Of a stretch of 28,722 nt of DNA, positions 8,400-17,504 are shown piece by piece. Source of the DNA: Pseudobdellovibrionaceae bacterium (GTDB lineage: Bacteria > Bdellovibrionota > Bdellovibrionia > Bdellovibrionales > Bdellovibrionaceae). Each line of letters starts with the position of its first letter. Within the stretch, counting starts at the first letter, position 1. The stretch lies in the NCBI GenBank assembly GCA_041288045.1, contig JBGGMM010000176.1, positions 1-28,722 of the forward strand, given 5' to 3'. Position numbers and translations under genes: made by a program. Under the pieces are notes generated by a model. The model saw nothing but the letters and a program-made list of their open reading frames with translations, searched no databases and was not told the DNA's origin.

Positions 8400-8891
8400 C
8401 TAGTTATTCCTCACCGAGGTGGAAGCAGCTTGTCCCCTGGTTTCTTCGACTTGGACTTTGATTTCAAGCACTCCGTACTGTTTGAATTCATGAAAGAAGT
8501 CTTGAGCAAGAAGCCTGGAAAGCTGCTCCACGGAGGTGTTGGTCACGGGCAAAAGATGCACTTCGTTTTCTGGAAAGACATAAAAACGATCGCGAAACCG
8601 CACTTCCAGTGAGGGCGATTTGGAAGTGATTTTCATATCCGCGTGCTTGGCTGGCAAAAGCACATGCTCATCCCAAAGATCCAAACGAGATTTGATGAAT
8701 TTCTTAAACACATTGAAATCGATGAAAAAGCCTTTTTTCTCAGTCCCGCTCTCTGGCGGCACCTGAATTTCGACCGAGACTTGGTAATTATGGCCATGCA
8801 ATTTCTCAGCGTTTTTTTCATCGAAAATCAGAAAATGCGCCGAGGAAAACTTAAAATTTTGCTTATAGAGATGGAGTGTCGTATTGAGCAT
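8400..8891 (-). CDS. 6-pyruvoyl-tetrahydropterin synthase family protein, PTPS-III type (ExxHGH)
   Basis: FSSAHF...AEKLHGHNY, IDF, TSVEQL, VEET. Has Glu and no Cys before HGH. Confidence 0.8.
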   Translation of the reverse strand: MLNTTLHLYKQNFKFSSAHFLIFDEKNAEKLHGHNYQVSVEIQVPPESGTEKKGFFIDFNVFKKFIKSRLDLWDEHVLLPAKHADMKITSKSPSLEVRFRDRFYVFPENEVHLLPVTNTSVEQLSRLLAQDFFHEFKQYGVLEIKVQVEETRGQAASTSVRNN

Positions 8892-8908
8892 GCTTGAAAG
8901 GTCTTAGC

Positions 8909-9271
8909 ATGAAATTCGAGTTAAAAACACAGTTTCGAATCGAAAGCGCCCGCTTCCTTCCGCATTTGCCAGAAGGCCACCCCTGCTCTCGAATGCATGG
9001 ACACAGCTTTGTTGTCAGTTTGCGCTTGATTGGCCTGCAGGATCCACAGATTGGCTGGGTTCGCGATTACCACGAAATTGATGAAACCTTGAAGCCGCTT
9101 AAAATGCAGCTGGATCACCGGGTTCTCAACGAAGTTCCAGGCCTTTTAAATCCCACATCTGAAAATCTTGCAAAGTGGATCTTTGATCAAGCCAAAGCCA
9201 CAATTCCCGAATTGGTTCAAGTCACCGTTTCTGAAACTCCAACGACGGAATGCTCTTACCCGGTTCTTTGA
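8909..9271 (+). CDS. queD: 6-carboxy-5,6,7,8-tetrahydropterin synthase QueD-like protein
   Basis: LPHLPEGHPCSRMHGHSF (CxxxHGH), GWVRD, LDHRVLNEVPGLLNPTSENLAKWIF, SETP; collinear with E. coli QueD. Confidence 0.85.
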   Translation: MKFELKTQFRIESARFLPHLPEGHPCSRMHGHSFVVSLRLIGLQDPQIGWVRDYHEIDETLKPLKMQLDHRVLNEVPGLLNPTSENLAKWIFDQAKATIPELVQVTVSETPTTECSYPVL

Positions 9272-9370
9272 TCTTCCTTTTGTTTTCCGACAGGTCGACT
9301 CCGTGTTGCATCCCTCCTAGATCCTGAGATTCAAAAATGATAAGATCTCCACGAAAGAGATCGGGATTTT

Positions 9371-10861
9371 ATGGGACGAAAATACCAGTCGCTCAAGGAA
9401 GACCTGGCCCGAAACACTGTTCGCGATCTGATGGTCGTCAACGACCGTTTGATTCGCCAGAAGTATTTCCAAGCAGCGCATGACATGATTCAAAAAATGG
9501 AATCTCTGGAAAGAAAAATCCAGAACTTCCATGCCAGTGACCAAAAGCTTTTCAGCGAATGGTACAAGCTTACTTTCCGTGGCGATCAGGACGTGATTGA
9601 TCGCACGCAGTTGCGCCTCAAAGAACTGACCCTTTTTCATAACTGGGTCGTGGCCACTGCCAGACAGCTCGATATTGATCTGCCCGGCGCTTATTTGCTG
9701 ATGAAAGAAGAAGAGCGCCGCTATGAAAATGGCACTCCAGAAGAAAAACGAAAAATCGAATTGGAAAGAGAAAAGCGCAACGCCTTTATTGAATCCGATT
9801 CTCGCGCCAAGTATGACGAGGATTCGGATTTCGCAGAATCTAAAGACCAAGATGACGACGACAACGATCATCCATTGGATCAAATTTTTGAACGCTTGGA
9901 AGAGCTGTTTCTTCCGCTCGACCGAGAAGTTCTGGCATCTCCGAAGGAACGTATGGATCGACTTTCCTCCCTTTCCGATGAGCAACTGCAATTCGGAATG
10001 AAGGATCAAGAGTGCTTATTTTTGCTGTTTCATTTAGGGATGAGCTGGGCTGAAAGACATTCCGATCCCAGTTTTTTTCTGAGACTTTGGAAATTGTTTT
10101 CCAAAGAGCAGAAAAAATTCTTTTCCGAGGTTTACTCTTCAGTCACCGGCGAATCCCTTCGCAACTTAGTCAAAGCCTGGGACCGATTGGCCGACTCAAA
10201 GGTTGAAGATGATGGCGATGAGCCAGAAGTGGACGAAGAAGATTTTCAGTTCAATGAGGATTTCATTCACACAAAAAAATCAAACTCTGAAAGAAGCCAT
10301 CGCTTCACTCCTGGCGAAGAAGAAAATTTCAAGCAGATCTACCGAAAATTGATTCGACAGCTGCATCCAGATGCCAACCAGAAATCCATGCCAAGCTGGA
10401 TGAAAAGATTTTGGGAATCCGTACAGAAAGCCTACAAAGCCAAAGATTTGCTCTCTCTGGATCGACTTTTGAAGCTCACTTTGCTTCGAACCGACTCTTT
10501 GGATCAACTGACCGTCGACGAAATTCAAGAAGCCAGCCACTGGTTGGAAAAAGATTTGGAAATTCTCGTGAAAGAAGAAAGACAGTTGAAAAAATCCATG
10601 GCTTGGGGATTTTCGCAAAAGAAAGAGTACACAGCTCTGACTCGAAAAATAAAAAAAGATTTCGATGAAACATTAAATACAATTTTATTTCAAATTCGAG
10701 AAATCAAAGACCAGCATCGCTTTTTAGAAAACCTGGCCTCCAAAGACCCATTCGATGAACAAAAAATCCGCCGGCAAAGAAAAACCGAACGAAATCAAAA
10801 CCGCCGAAGAAAGCGAAGACCCTCTCGGATTTACGATGATCCTCAGGAGAGCTTTTACTAG
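9371..10861 (+). CDS. Coiled-coil protein with an internal J domain
   Basis: FKQIYRKLIRQLHPDAN...VQKAYKAKDL (HPD motif), surrounded by highly charged helical regions. Confidence 0.78.
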   Translation: MGRKYQSLKEDLARNTVRDLMVVNDRLIRQKYFQAAHDMIQKMESLERKIQNFHASDQKLFSEWYKLTFRGDQDVIDRTQLRLKELTLFHNWVVATARQLDIDLPGAYLLMKEEERRYENGTPEEKRKIELEREKRNAFIESDSRAKYDEDSDFAESKDQDDDDNDHPLDQIFERLEELFLPLDREVLASPKERMDRLSSLSDEQLQFGMKDQECLFLLFHLGMSWAERHSDPSFFLRLWKLFSKEQKKFFSEVYSSVTGESLRNLVKAWDRLADSKVEDDGDEPEVDEEDFQFNEDFIHTKKSNSERSHRFTPGEEENFKQIYRKLIRQLHPDANQKSMPSWMKRFWESVQKAYKAKDLLSLDRLLKLTLLRTDSLDQLTVDEIQEASHWLEKDLEILVKEERQLKKSMAWGFSQKKEYTALTRKIKKDFDETLNTILFQIREIKDQHRFLENLASKDPFDEQKIRRQRKTERNQNRRRKRRPSRIYDDPQESFY

Positions 10862-10990
10862 CTAGATTAGCCTCAAATCCCCTGTCACAATTCTGACACT
10901 CATGAAGATTTTTTCTCCTTCCCTAATGGCCATCGTTTTTCTCGAAAACGACAGGTATATTTGCGAATTGAATCAAACAAGGAAATCCCA

Positions 10991-11866
10991 ATGAAAATGA
11001 TTTTGAATTCAATTTTGCTTTGCCTCCTATCATCTGTTTCTTTGGCCCTCCCCAAAAATATCAGTCATGGGTCAAAGCCCATTCCGACTTCAACGGCAAA
11101 AGAAATTATCTTTATCCACGGCATGTTTATGACTCCTGAGTCTTGGCAGCCTTGGCTGGAATTTTTCGCTCGTGAGTATCAGGTTTCGGCTCCTGCTTGG
11201 CCCTATCATGATCAGCCTGCTTCAGTTCTGAAAACCAACCCCCATCCTCAATTGGGTCAGCTCACTTTGGGGATGATTCTGGATCATTACCGGGCGCTTC
11301 TTTTACCTAAGAAAAACAATCCACCGATTTTAATTGGTCACTCGATGGGCGGCTTGATTGCTCAGGTTCTCTTAAGTGAAGGCCTTGGCAGTGCTGCCAT
11401 TGCCATTGATTCTGCCCCACCGCAAAAGGTGTGGTTTCTTAACGGCTCATTCCTCAAAGCCAATTGGCCTGTTCTCAATTTATTTGCCAATCCCAATCGG
11501 CCTATTCACCTGAGCCAAGAGGATTTCAATTACGCCTTCGCCAGTTCTCAGACAGCTTCTGCTCAGAATTCTGCCTATGACAATTTTTATGTTCCAGAAT
11601 CTCGGCGTGTTGGCCGAGGACCCTTGACAAAGGCTGCATCGATTCGTCGAACGAATGCTCGTGGCCCACTTCTGATCATCGCCGGCGAAGCCGACCATAT
11701 CGTTCCCGCCAAATTGAATTTCGCCAATTTTGAATTTTACCGATTGGAAACCAGCAATCAGAACTACACAGAATTTCAATTGTTCGAAGGGCGAGACCAC
11801 TGGATCATTGGTGGCTCCGGCTGGGAACAGGTGGCTGAAGCTGTTCGAACTTGGCTTCAGAACTGA
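10991..11866 (+). CDS. Secreted alpha/beta hydrolase
   Basis: Signal peptide; IHGMF, GHSMGG nucleophile elbow, GEADHIVP (Asp), GRDHW (His). Confidence 0.9.
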   Translation: MKMILNSILLCLLSSVSLALPKNISHGSKPIPTSTAKEIIFIHGMFMTPESWQPWLEFFAREYQVSAPAWPYHDQPASVLKTNPHPQLGQLTLGMILDHYRALLLPKKNNPPILIGHSMGGLIAQVLLSEGLGSAAIAIDSAPPQKVWFLNGSFLKANWPVLNLFANPNRPIHLSQEDFNYAFASSQTASAQNSAYDNFYVPESRRVGRGPLTKAASIRRTNARGPLLIIAGEADHIVPAKLNFANFEFYRLETSNQNYTEFQLFEGRDHWIIGGSGWEQVAEAVRTWLQN

Positions 11867-11874
11867 GCCCGTTT

Positions 11875-12702
11875 CTAGCCGCCAACCAATAACTGATCCC
11901 CGACTTTTAAGATCTCGCCATAAGAGCGAGACAGAAAGTACTGACCAAAATAAACAGCGGTTTCACGTCGGCGGTGCTTGGCAAGCACTTGCAAAGGCTC
12001 TGAAGATGGAATTTCGCCTTTATCTTGATCGACAGTGATGATCTTGCAACGGGCGCAGGCTTTGGTCATTTCAAAAGCCACTCGGTCACTGCCCAGAATC
12101 TGCCAATCGTCTTCGGCATAGGGTTTCTCTGCTCCAGAGAGTAAAATATTGCCACGAAAGCGCTCAGGTCCGATCGGCTCCTTCATCTTTGAATTGAGGT
12201 CCTTGAGACTTTCTTCTGTGAAGATGAGGTAGGCCTGGGAATCGGTGAACCTGGTTTGGGCATTCATCCCTTTGCCCTTCACCAGAATTTCACGGTTTGA
12301 AACTGAATCGAAATGCATCAGCTGAAGATTTTGATTCAGAAAATCGCTCACGGCTTCATTCAAAGGACTTTCAATCAATGCCGCATCGATATCTTTTCCC
12401 CAGACAGAGACGGTTTTTCGCGGAACTGCTTTTTCTTGAATTGGAATTTCAAATTTGGAACCTAGAATTTCCAGATAAAACCTTTGATCTTGAAGGACAG
12501 GCTTGAGCAATGCCATCTTCGGAAAAGTTCTTTGCGTCACAAATTTGCCTTCAGAGTCAACAAACATCCATTCGCGATCGCCGATGGTTGTTTTTCCGAT
12601 TTGGATTTGTGGACCCGACTCGCCGATTTGAAATTCTGTCACGTCCAGGCCGTGGCAAGATTTGATGGGATAGATGGAAAGTTTTTTTATTTGGAGCCTC
12701 AA
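11875..12702 (-). CDS. MOSC domain protein (YcbX/mARC-like, no ferredoxin domain)
   Basis: IYPIKSC, DREWM, TQRTFPKMAL, ERFRGNI, EDDW, CARC, YFGQ. The TTG start overlaps the psd stop codon. Confidence 0.9.
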   Translation of the reverse strand: MRLQIKKLSIYPIKSCHGLDVTEFQIGESGPQIQIGKTTIGDREWMFVDSEGKFVTQRTFPKMALLKPVLQDQRFYLEILGSKFEIPIQEKAVPRKTVSVWGKDIDAALIESPLNEAVSDFLNQNLQLMHFDSVSNREILVKGKGMNAQTRFTDSQAYLIFTEESLKDLNSKMKEPIGPERFRGNILLSGAEKPYAEDDWQILGSDRVAFEMTKACARCKIITVDQDKGEIPSSEPLQVLAKHRRRETAVYFGQYFLSRSYGEILKVGDQLLVGG

Positions 12703-13523
12703 AGGAAAGCTCCGCCATACTGCACATCCCGCTGCATGAAAGCTTCCCAGGTTTCTCTCTGATGGCGGATGCTTTTGGGGTAGATCATCACAACTGTGCT
12801 CCCCATATGGAATGAGCCCAGCTCCTGGCCACGGGTGATTTCAAGAGGAGGATTGTATTTTTTCTCGAGCTCTTTGGATTTTAGTTTCACATTGGTGACG
12901 ATGTCGGAATCAAAAGAAAGGCGGATTTGCCCGACGTTGGTGGCGCCGACAAAGACCAAAAGGCATTTGCCTAAACGCGATTCGATTTCAAGAATCACTC
13001 TTTCATTCACTGCAAAGAGATTGTCGATTTTCTCCGTGCTCCAAGCATTCACTGGCCACAGGTGACCTGGAATGTGGTGGACTCGCAAGATTTTCCCATC
13101 CACTGGCGAATGCACGCGGTGATAGTCAGTGGGGCACAGATAGTAAGTGACAAAAAGTCCATCGTCATAATGCCGAGCCAGCTCCATATTTCCACACAGA
13201 TCCGCCACGCTGTAGGTTTTGCCTTTGGCTTGAATGCATTTGCCGGATTCGATGGGGCCAATCTGAGCAATCACACTGTCTGCCGGATGCAAAACCGGGC
13301 TTTCGCTGAGAGGCCTTGCGCCCTCCTTGAGCTTTCGAACGAAAAAATCGCCAATGGAGTCGTACTGATCCAAGGGCTTCTCGGCTTCATCGAAATTGAT
13401 TTCATAGTAATTGGCAAAAGCTTGAATGCTCCATTTGGCAAGCGGCCTCGGCAGCCTCACATGCATCAGGCGTCCCATCCAGTAGCTCACAAGTTTTTTC
13501 GGCAAGAAATGAAGGATCCACAT
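12699..13523 (-). CDS. psd: Phosphatidylserine decarboxylase
   Basis: FFVRKLK, PADS, YLCPTDYHRVHSP, NERV, VGATNVG, and FHMGSTVV at the self-cleavage/pyruvoyl site. Confidence 0.95.
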   Translation of the reverse strand: MWILHFLPKKLVSYWMGRLMHVRLPRPLAKWSIQAFANYYEINFDEAEKPLDQYDSIGDFFVRKLKEGARPLSESPVLHPADSVIAQIGPIESGKCIQAKGKTYSVADLCGNMELARHYDDGLFVTYYLCPTDYHRVHSPVDGKILRVHHIPGHLWPVNAWSTEKIDNLFAVNERVILEIESRLGKCLLVFVGATNVGQIRLSFDSDIVTNVKLKSKELEKKYNPPLEITRGQELGSFHMGSTVVMIYPKSIRHQRETWEAFMQRDVQYGGAFL

Positions 13524-13531
13524 AGTTGATG

Positions 13532-13560
13532 AGTTTAGCAGGCAAGTTTGCCGATAGAAA
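13532..13560 (-). promoter_or_regulatory. Putative sigma70 promoter of psd (leaderless-type)
   Basis: TTTCTA-N17-TAAACT with a TG extension, 8 nt before the ATG; no SD. Confidence 0.5.
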
Positions 13561-13582
13561 AGCCAGACCCAGTTCGGAAGCG

Positions 13583-13611
13583 TTGCATCTTAATGGCAAA
13601 GAAGCTAAATT
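13583..13611 (+). promoter_or_regulatory. Putative sigma70 promoter of the FAD oxidoreductase gene (leaderless-type)
   Basis: TTGCAT-N17-TAAATT, 7 nt before ATG 13619; no SD. Confidence 0.55.
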
Positions 13612-13618
13612 AGCTCCG

Positions 13619-15211
13619 ATGTCTAAAGTCATTCAAAACCTCGAGCTCCCCATCGACCAAGAGCTTGAGGAAAAATTGAGCTACTTGGTGCCCGCTTATG
13701 GCGAATACCGTATTCTTCGTCAAAGCGTGGACGCCAGACGCAGACACTCCCCGCATTTCGTTTACACAGTGGAAGTAGCTGAAGCTGGAGAAAAGCTTCA
13801 GAAACCTCAGTATCCAATTGAAAAAATCAAATCTCAGCCGAAAGAAAAACCTCTGATCATCGGCACAGGCCCTGCCGGTCTTTTCGCTGCCCTTCGCTTG
13901 GTGGAACGAGGCATTCCCTGCCATCTCTTTGAACGCGGCAGCGAATCCGGCGAGCGTATCAAAGGGATCAATAAATACTGGCGCTATGGAGAGCTGGATC
14001 CCAGAAACAATGTCTGTTATGGCGAAGGCGGAGCTGGTCTTTACTCGGATGGAAAGCTGATCACTCGAATCAAAAGTCCTGAAATTCCCTACGTGATGCA
14101 GAGACTGGTGAAATTCGGAGCCCCTGAAGAAATTCAGTGGCTCTCGAATCCGCACGTGGGATCGGATCGGATCCGCCGAGTGATCCCAAAAATGCGCGAG
14201 TACTTGCTCCAAAACGGCTGCGAAATTCACTTTAACACCAAAGTCGAAAAAATCCTGACAGAAGGAAAACAAATCGTTGGAATTGAGACTGAGCAAGGTG
14301 AAATCTATCACTCCCCTTATGTGGTTTTAGCCACTGGCCATTCCGCTGAGGACATGCTGCTGCATTTGCATGAAATAGGTGTTTATTTAGAGGGAAAATC
14401 CTTTGCCATGGGGCTTCGAATTGAACATCCGCAGAGTATGATCAATCAGATCCAGTTTCGCGATTTTGCCGAGCACCCCAAATTAGGCGCTGCCAATTAC
14501 AAGCTCGCCCATCACGATCAAAAAAGCCAAATCGGGGTCTACAGTTTCTGCATGTGCCCTGGCGGCTATGTCCTCTCCAGCGGCACAGAAGCTGACAGCA
14601 TCGTGTGCAATGGCATGAGCAATTACAAACGAAATTCCCCCTACGCCAACGCCGCCATCGTGGTTTCAGTCCCGCATGAAAGCCTCTTTGGCCAGGATCT
14701 TTTTGGCGGTTTGAAATTGCGCCGAGAACTTGAGGTCCAAGCTTATCAAAGTGTTCTCAAAGCCGGAGGCAAAAAAGAACTGCCAGCACAAAAGCTCACA
14801 GATTTCTTCGCAGCTCGCAGTGGCGATGCCCTTCCGGGCTCTTCACCCTCAGGCGCAAAGGCCGTTCGCCTGGATCAGATTCTTCCGCGCTCGATGACCC
14901 AAAGAATTCAAGAGGGCTTGCAGGTTTTTGATCGGCAAATGAAAGGCTTTATCTCTGAAAAAGCTCAGCTCTACGGAGTCGAATCCAGAACCAGCTGTCC
15001 TGTGCGCGTGACCCGAGACCCGCAAACTTTGCAGAGCCTTTCGCACTCTGGACTGTACCCTTGTGGTGAAGGCGCAGGCTACGCCGGCGGAATCACTTCA
15101 GCCGCTTGTGATGGGATTGCGGTAGCCGAAAGCATTGTGGCTGAAATCACGGGAGAGAAGCTGGCAGTTTCAGGATCCAGTGCTGCCAAGCCAATAGCAA
15201 AAACGCCGTAA
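13619..15211 (+). CDS. NAD(P)/FAD-dependent oxidoreductase (COG2509-like, uncharacterised)
   Basis: IIGTGPAGLFAA, GEGGAGLYSDGKL, ATGHSA, YSFCMCPGG, GLYPCGEGAGYAGGITSAACDG. Confidence 0.92.
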   Translation: MSKVIQNLELPIDQELEEKLSYLVPAYGEYRILRQSVDARRRHSPHFVYTVEVAEAGEKLQKPQYPIEKIKSQPKEKPLIIGTGPAGLFAALRLVERGIPCHLFERGSESGERIKGINKYWRYGELDPRNNVCYGEGGAGLYSDGKLITRIKSPEIPYVMQRLVKFGAPEEIQWLSNPHVGSDRIRRVIPKMREYLLQNGCEIHFNTKVEKILTEGKQIVGIETEQGEIYHSPYVVLATGHSAEDMLLHLHEIGVYLEGKSFAMGLRIEHPQSMINQIQFRDFAEHPKLGAANYKLAHHDQKSQIGVYSFCMCPGGYVLSSGTEADSIVCNGMSNYKRNSPYANAAIVVSVPHESLFGQDLFGGLKLRRELEVQAYQSVLKAGGKKELPAQKLTDFFAARSGDALPGSSPSGAKAVRLDQILPRSMTQRIQEGLQVFDRQMKGFISEKAQLYGVESRTSCPVRVTRDPQTLQSLSHSGLYPCGEGAGYAGGITSAACDGIAVAESIVAEITGEKLAVSGSSAAKPIAKTP

Positions 15212-15437
15212 ACGCCACGAAAAGCAAAGCTTTCATCACAACTTTGGCAGTCAGGGGTCGGACTTTTGCTTCGGGATCGGGAACTGTCATGGCTTGATGT
15301 CAGCATAGATTTTTGCCAAGCTCAAGTCAGTCTCTTTCATCGACTGCCAAATCCCAGCTTTTTTTGGAGCCATGCATTTGAAGTAGGCAAACAGCCCTCG
15401 CCTCCTCACAATAGAAAGATTCCAACGGGAGAATCTA

Positions 15438-17504
15438 ATGATGAAGGAAATGCTCACCGGCCTCCTCTTACCTTTTGTCTCACTGGCGGCCCCCAAAGCA
15501 CCGCAAGCCGAGAAAATCCCCCATGAAATGAAAAACCATGGCGACACTCGCATCGATCCCTACTATTGGATCCGCGAAAAGAAAAATCCCAAAGTCAAAA
15601 AGCACCTCTTAGCTGAAAATCGTTACTTTGATGCTTACTTCAGCAAAGCCGATCGCAATCTGAAAAAGAAAATCGTTGAAGAGATCAAAGGCAAAATCGA
15701 AGAGACCGACACTTCTGCCGAAATCACCTCAGGCGAGGCGGCCTATTTTTCAAAAACTCTGAAAGGCAAAGAGTACCGTCAGCATTTTCGCCGAAATTTA
15801 AAAACCAACAAGACCGAACTTTTGCTGGATGAAAACCTTCGCGCCAAAGGCAAAGAATTTTTTGCAGTTCGCGCCAAGCAGTTAAGCCCCGACCTCCAAC
15901 AAATTGCCTGGTGCTTTGATTATGATGGCAGCGGCAAATGCGAAATTGAAATTCAAGAAATGAGCAGCAAAGTCTTCAAGAAAACGGGCATCAGCGGAGT
16001 GCATTGGGGAAACATGGCCTGGCACCCGGATTCAAAATCTCTGTTCTACTCTCTCCCCAACGAGGCCTGGAGACCAGACGCCATTTGGCATTATTCATCG
16101 ACTGGCGAAAAAAAGAAAGTGCTCGCCGAATCCGATGAGCTCTTCAACCTCGAAGTGTCTCTGACCAGCGATGACCAATACGTGATCGCCAGTTCGGGCT
16201 CTTTTGAAGAAGCCAAAACTTACTACTGGACCGGAAGCGAATTCAAAGAGCTCTACCCAATGCAAAAAAATGTTCTCTCATCCCCGGATCATTCGGCTTT
16301 GGGATTTTTTGTCTGGAGCAATCACAAACACAAAAATTACGGAATTTACCATTTTGACAAACCTGGCACACCGATCGGTGATTGGAAAGAGGTGGTAGCA
16401 CCAAGAAAAGATGCCAAGCTCACCCACATGGCGCCCATCGATGGATCTTTGGTCTATTCGCTTCTCTCGAAAGGCAATGAAGAGATTCACCTTTTCAACG
16501 TCAAAGAAAAAACGGATCGAATCATTCAATTTCCAGAATCCACTTACGAAGCTGAGTTTCATTTTGACGGCTCACCCCTGAAAGCCCTGATCGGCTACAG
16601 CTCACCCATTTCGCCAGATAAAATCTTTGAATTGGATTTAGCCACAGCAAAGCTGAAACTTCTCAAAGACACCAAGTCACCGACTCTAAAACCTGAGCTC
16701 TATCAAACAGAACTGCAAATGGCGAAAGCCCGCGACGGAAAGCAGATCCCAGTCCACATCGTCTATCGCAAAGATCTCAAAAAAGGTGAACCGCAGCCAG
16801 CTTTGCTCTACAGCTACGGTTCATACGGAATGACCGTCCCGTCAGGTTTCAGCGAAAGCTTGTTCAGCCTTCTGGATCGCGGTTTTATCTACGTCAACGC
16901 CCACATCCGCGGCTCCGATGCCCAGGGCGAAGATTGGTACGACGATGGCAAAATGATGAGCAAGAAAAACACTTTCAACGATTTCGTCGATGTCTCGGAT
17001 TGGCTGATCCAAAACAAATGGACCACAGCCGATAAGCTGGCCATCCGAGGTGGCAGCGCCGGCGGCCTTTTGATGGGAGCCGTTCTCAATCAAAAACCAG
17101 AAAACTTCCGAGCCGTCATTGCCGAAGTCCCCTTTGTCGACGTGCTCACCACCATGCTAGATCCGACAATTCCTCTGACAACTCAAGAATACTTACAATG
17201 GGGAAACCCCAACGAAGAAAAAGCCTATCAGTACATGAAAAGCTATTCGCCATACGACAATGTGAAAAAAGCCAAATACCCCGCCGTGCTCGTGCAAACC
17301 GGAATCACCGACCAGCAAGTCTCCTACTGGGAGCCCACCAAGTGGGTGCTGAAGCTTCGAGATTTCAACGAGTCCCCTCACCCAATCATCATGAAGTGCA
17401 ATATGGGCGCAGGCCACGGCGGAGCTTCGGGGCGCTACAAGCGCTATGAAGAGAATGCCGAGAAATATGTATTTCTGATTAAGGAACTTGGGGCGAAACT
17501 CTGA
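15438..17504 (+). CDS. S9A peptidase, oligopeptidase B (protease II) type, with a probable signal peptide
   Basis: HGDTRIDPYYW, YSYGSYG, KKNTFNDF, GGSAGG (Ser), VPFVDVLTTM, TDQQV (Asp), AGHGG (His). Confidence 0.92.
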   Translation: MMKEMLTGLLLPFVSLAAPKAPQAEKIPHEMKNHGDTRIDPYYWIREKKNPKVKKHLLAENRYFDAYFSKADRNLKKKIVEEIKGKIEETDTSAEITSGEAAYFSKTLKGKEYRQHFRRNLKTNKTELLLDENLRAKGKEFFAVRAKQLSPDLQQIAWCFDYDGSGKCEIEIQEMSSKVFKKTGISGVHWGNMAWHPDSKSLFYSLPNEAWRPDAIWHYSSTGEKKKVLAESDELFNLEVSLTSDDQYVIASSGSFEEAKTYYWTGSEFKELYPMQKNVLSSPDHSALGFFVWSNHKHKNYGIYHFDKPGTPIGDWKEVVAPRKDAKLTHMAPIDGSLVYSLLSKGNEEIHLFNVKEKTDRIIQFPESTYEAEFHFDGSPLKALIGYSSPISPDKIFELDLATAKLKLLKDTKSPTLKPELYQTELQMAKARDGKQIPVHIVYRKDLKKGEPQPALLYSYGSYGMTVPSGFSESLFSLLDRGFIYVNAHIRGSDAQGEDWYDDGKMMSKKNTFNDFVDVSDWLIQNKWTTADKLAIRGGSAGGLLMGAVLNQKPENFRAVIAEVPFVDVLTTMLDPTIPLTTQEYLQWGNPNEEKAYQYMKSYSPYDNVKKAKYPAVLVQTGITDQQVSYWEPTKWVLKLRDFNESPHPIIMKCNMGAGHGGASGRYKRYEENAEKYVFLIKELGAKL

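Noticed and set aside
13530..13557. Sigma28-like promoter (GCCGATAG)
   Set aside because: The -35 match is poor, and the region is already explained by two sigma70-like promoters.
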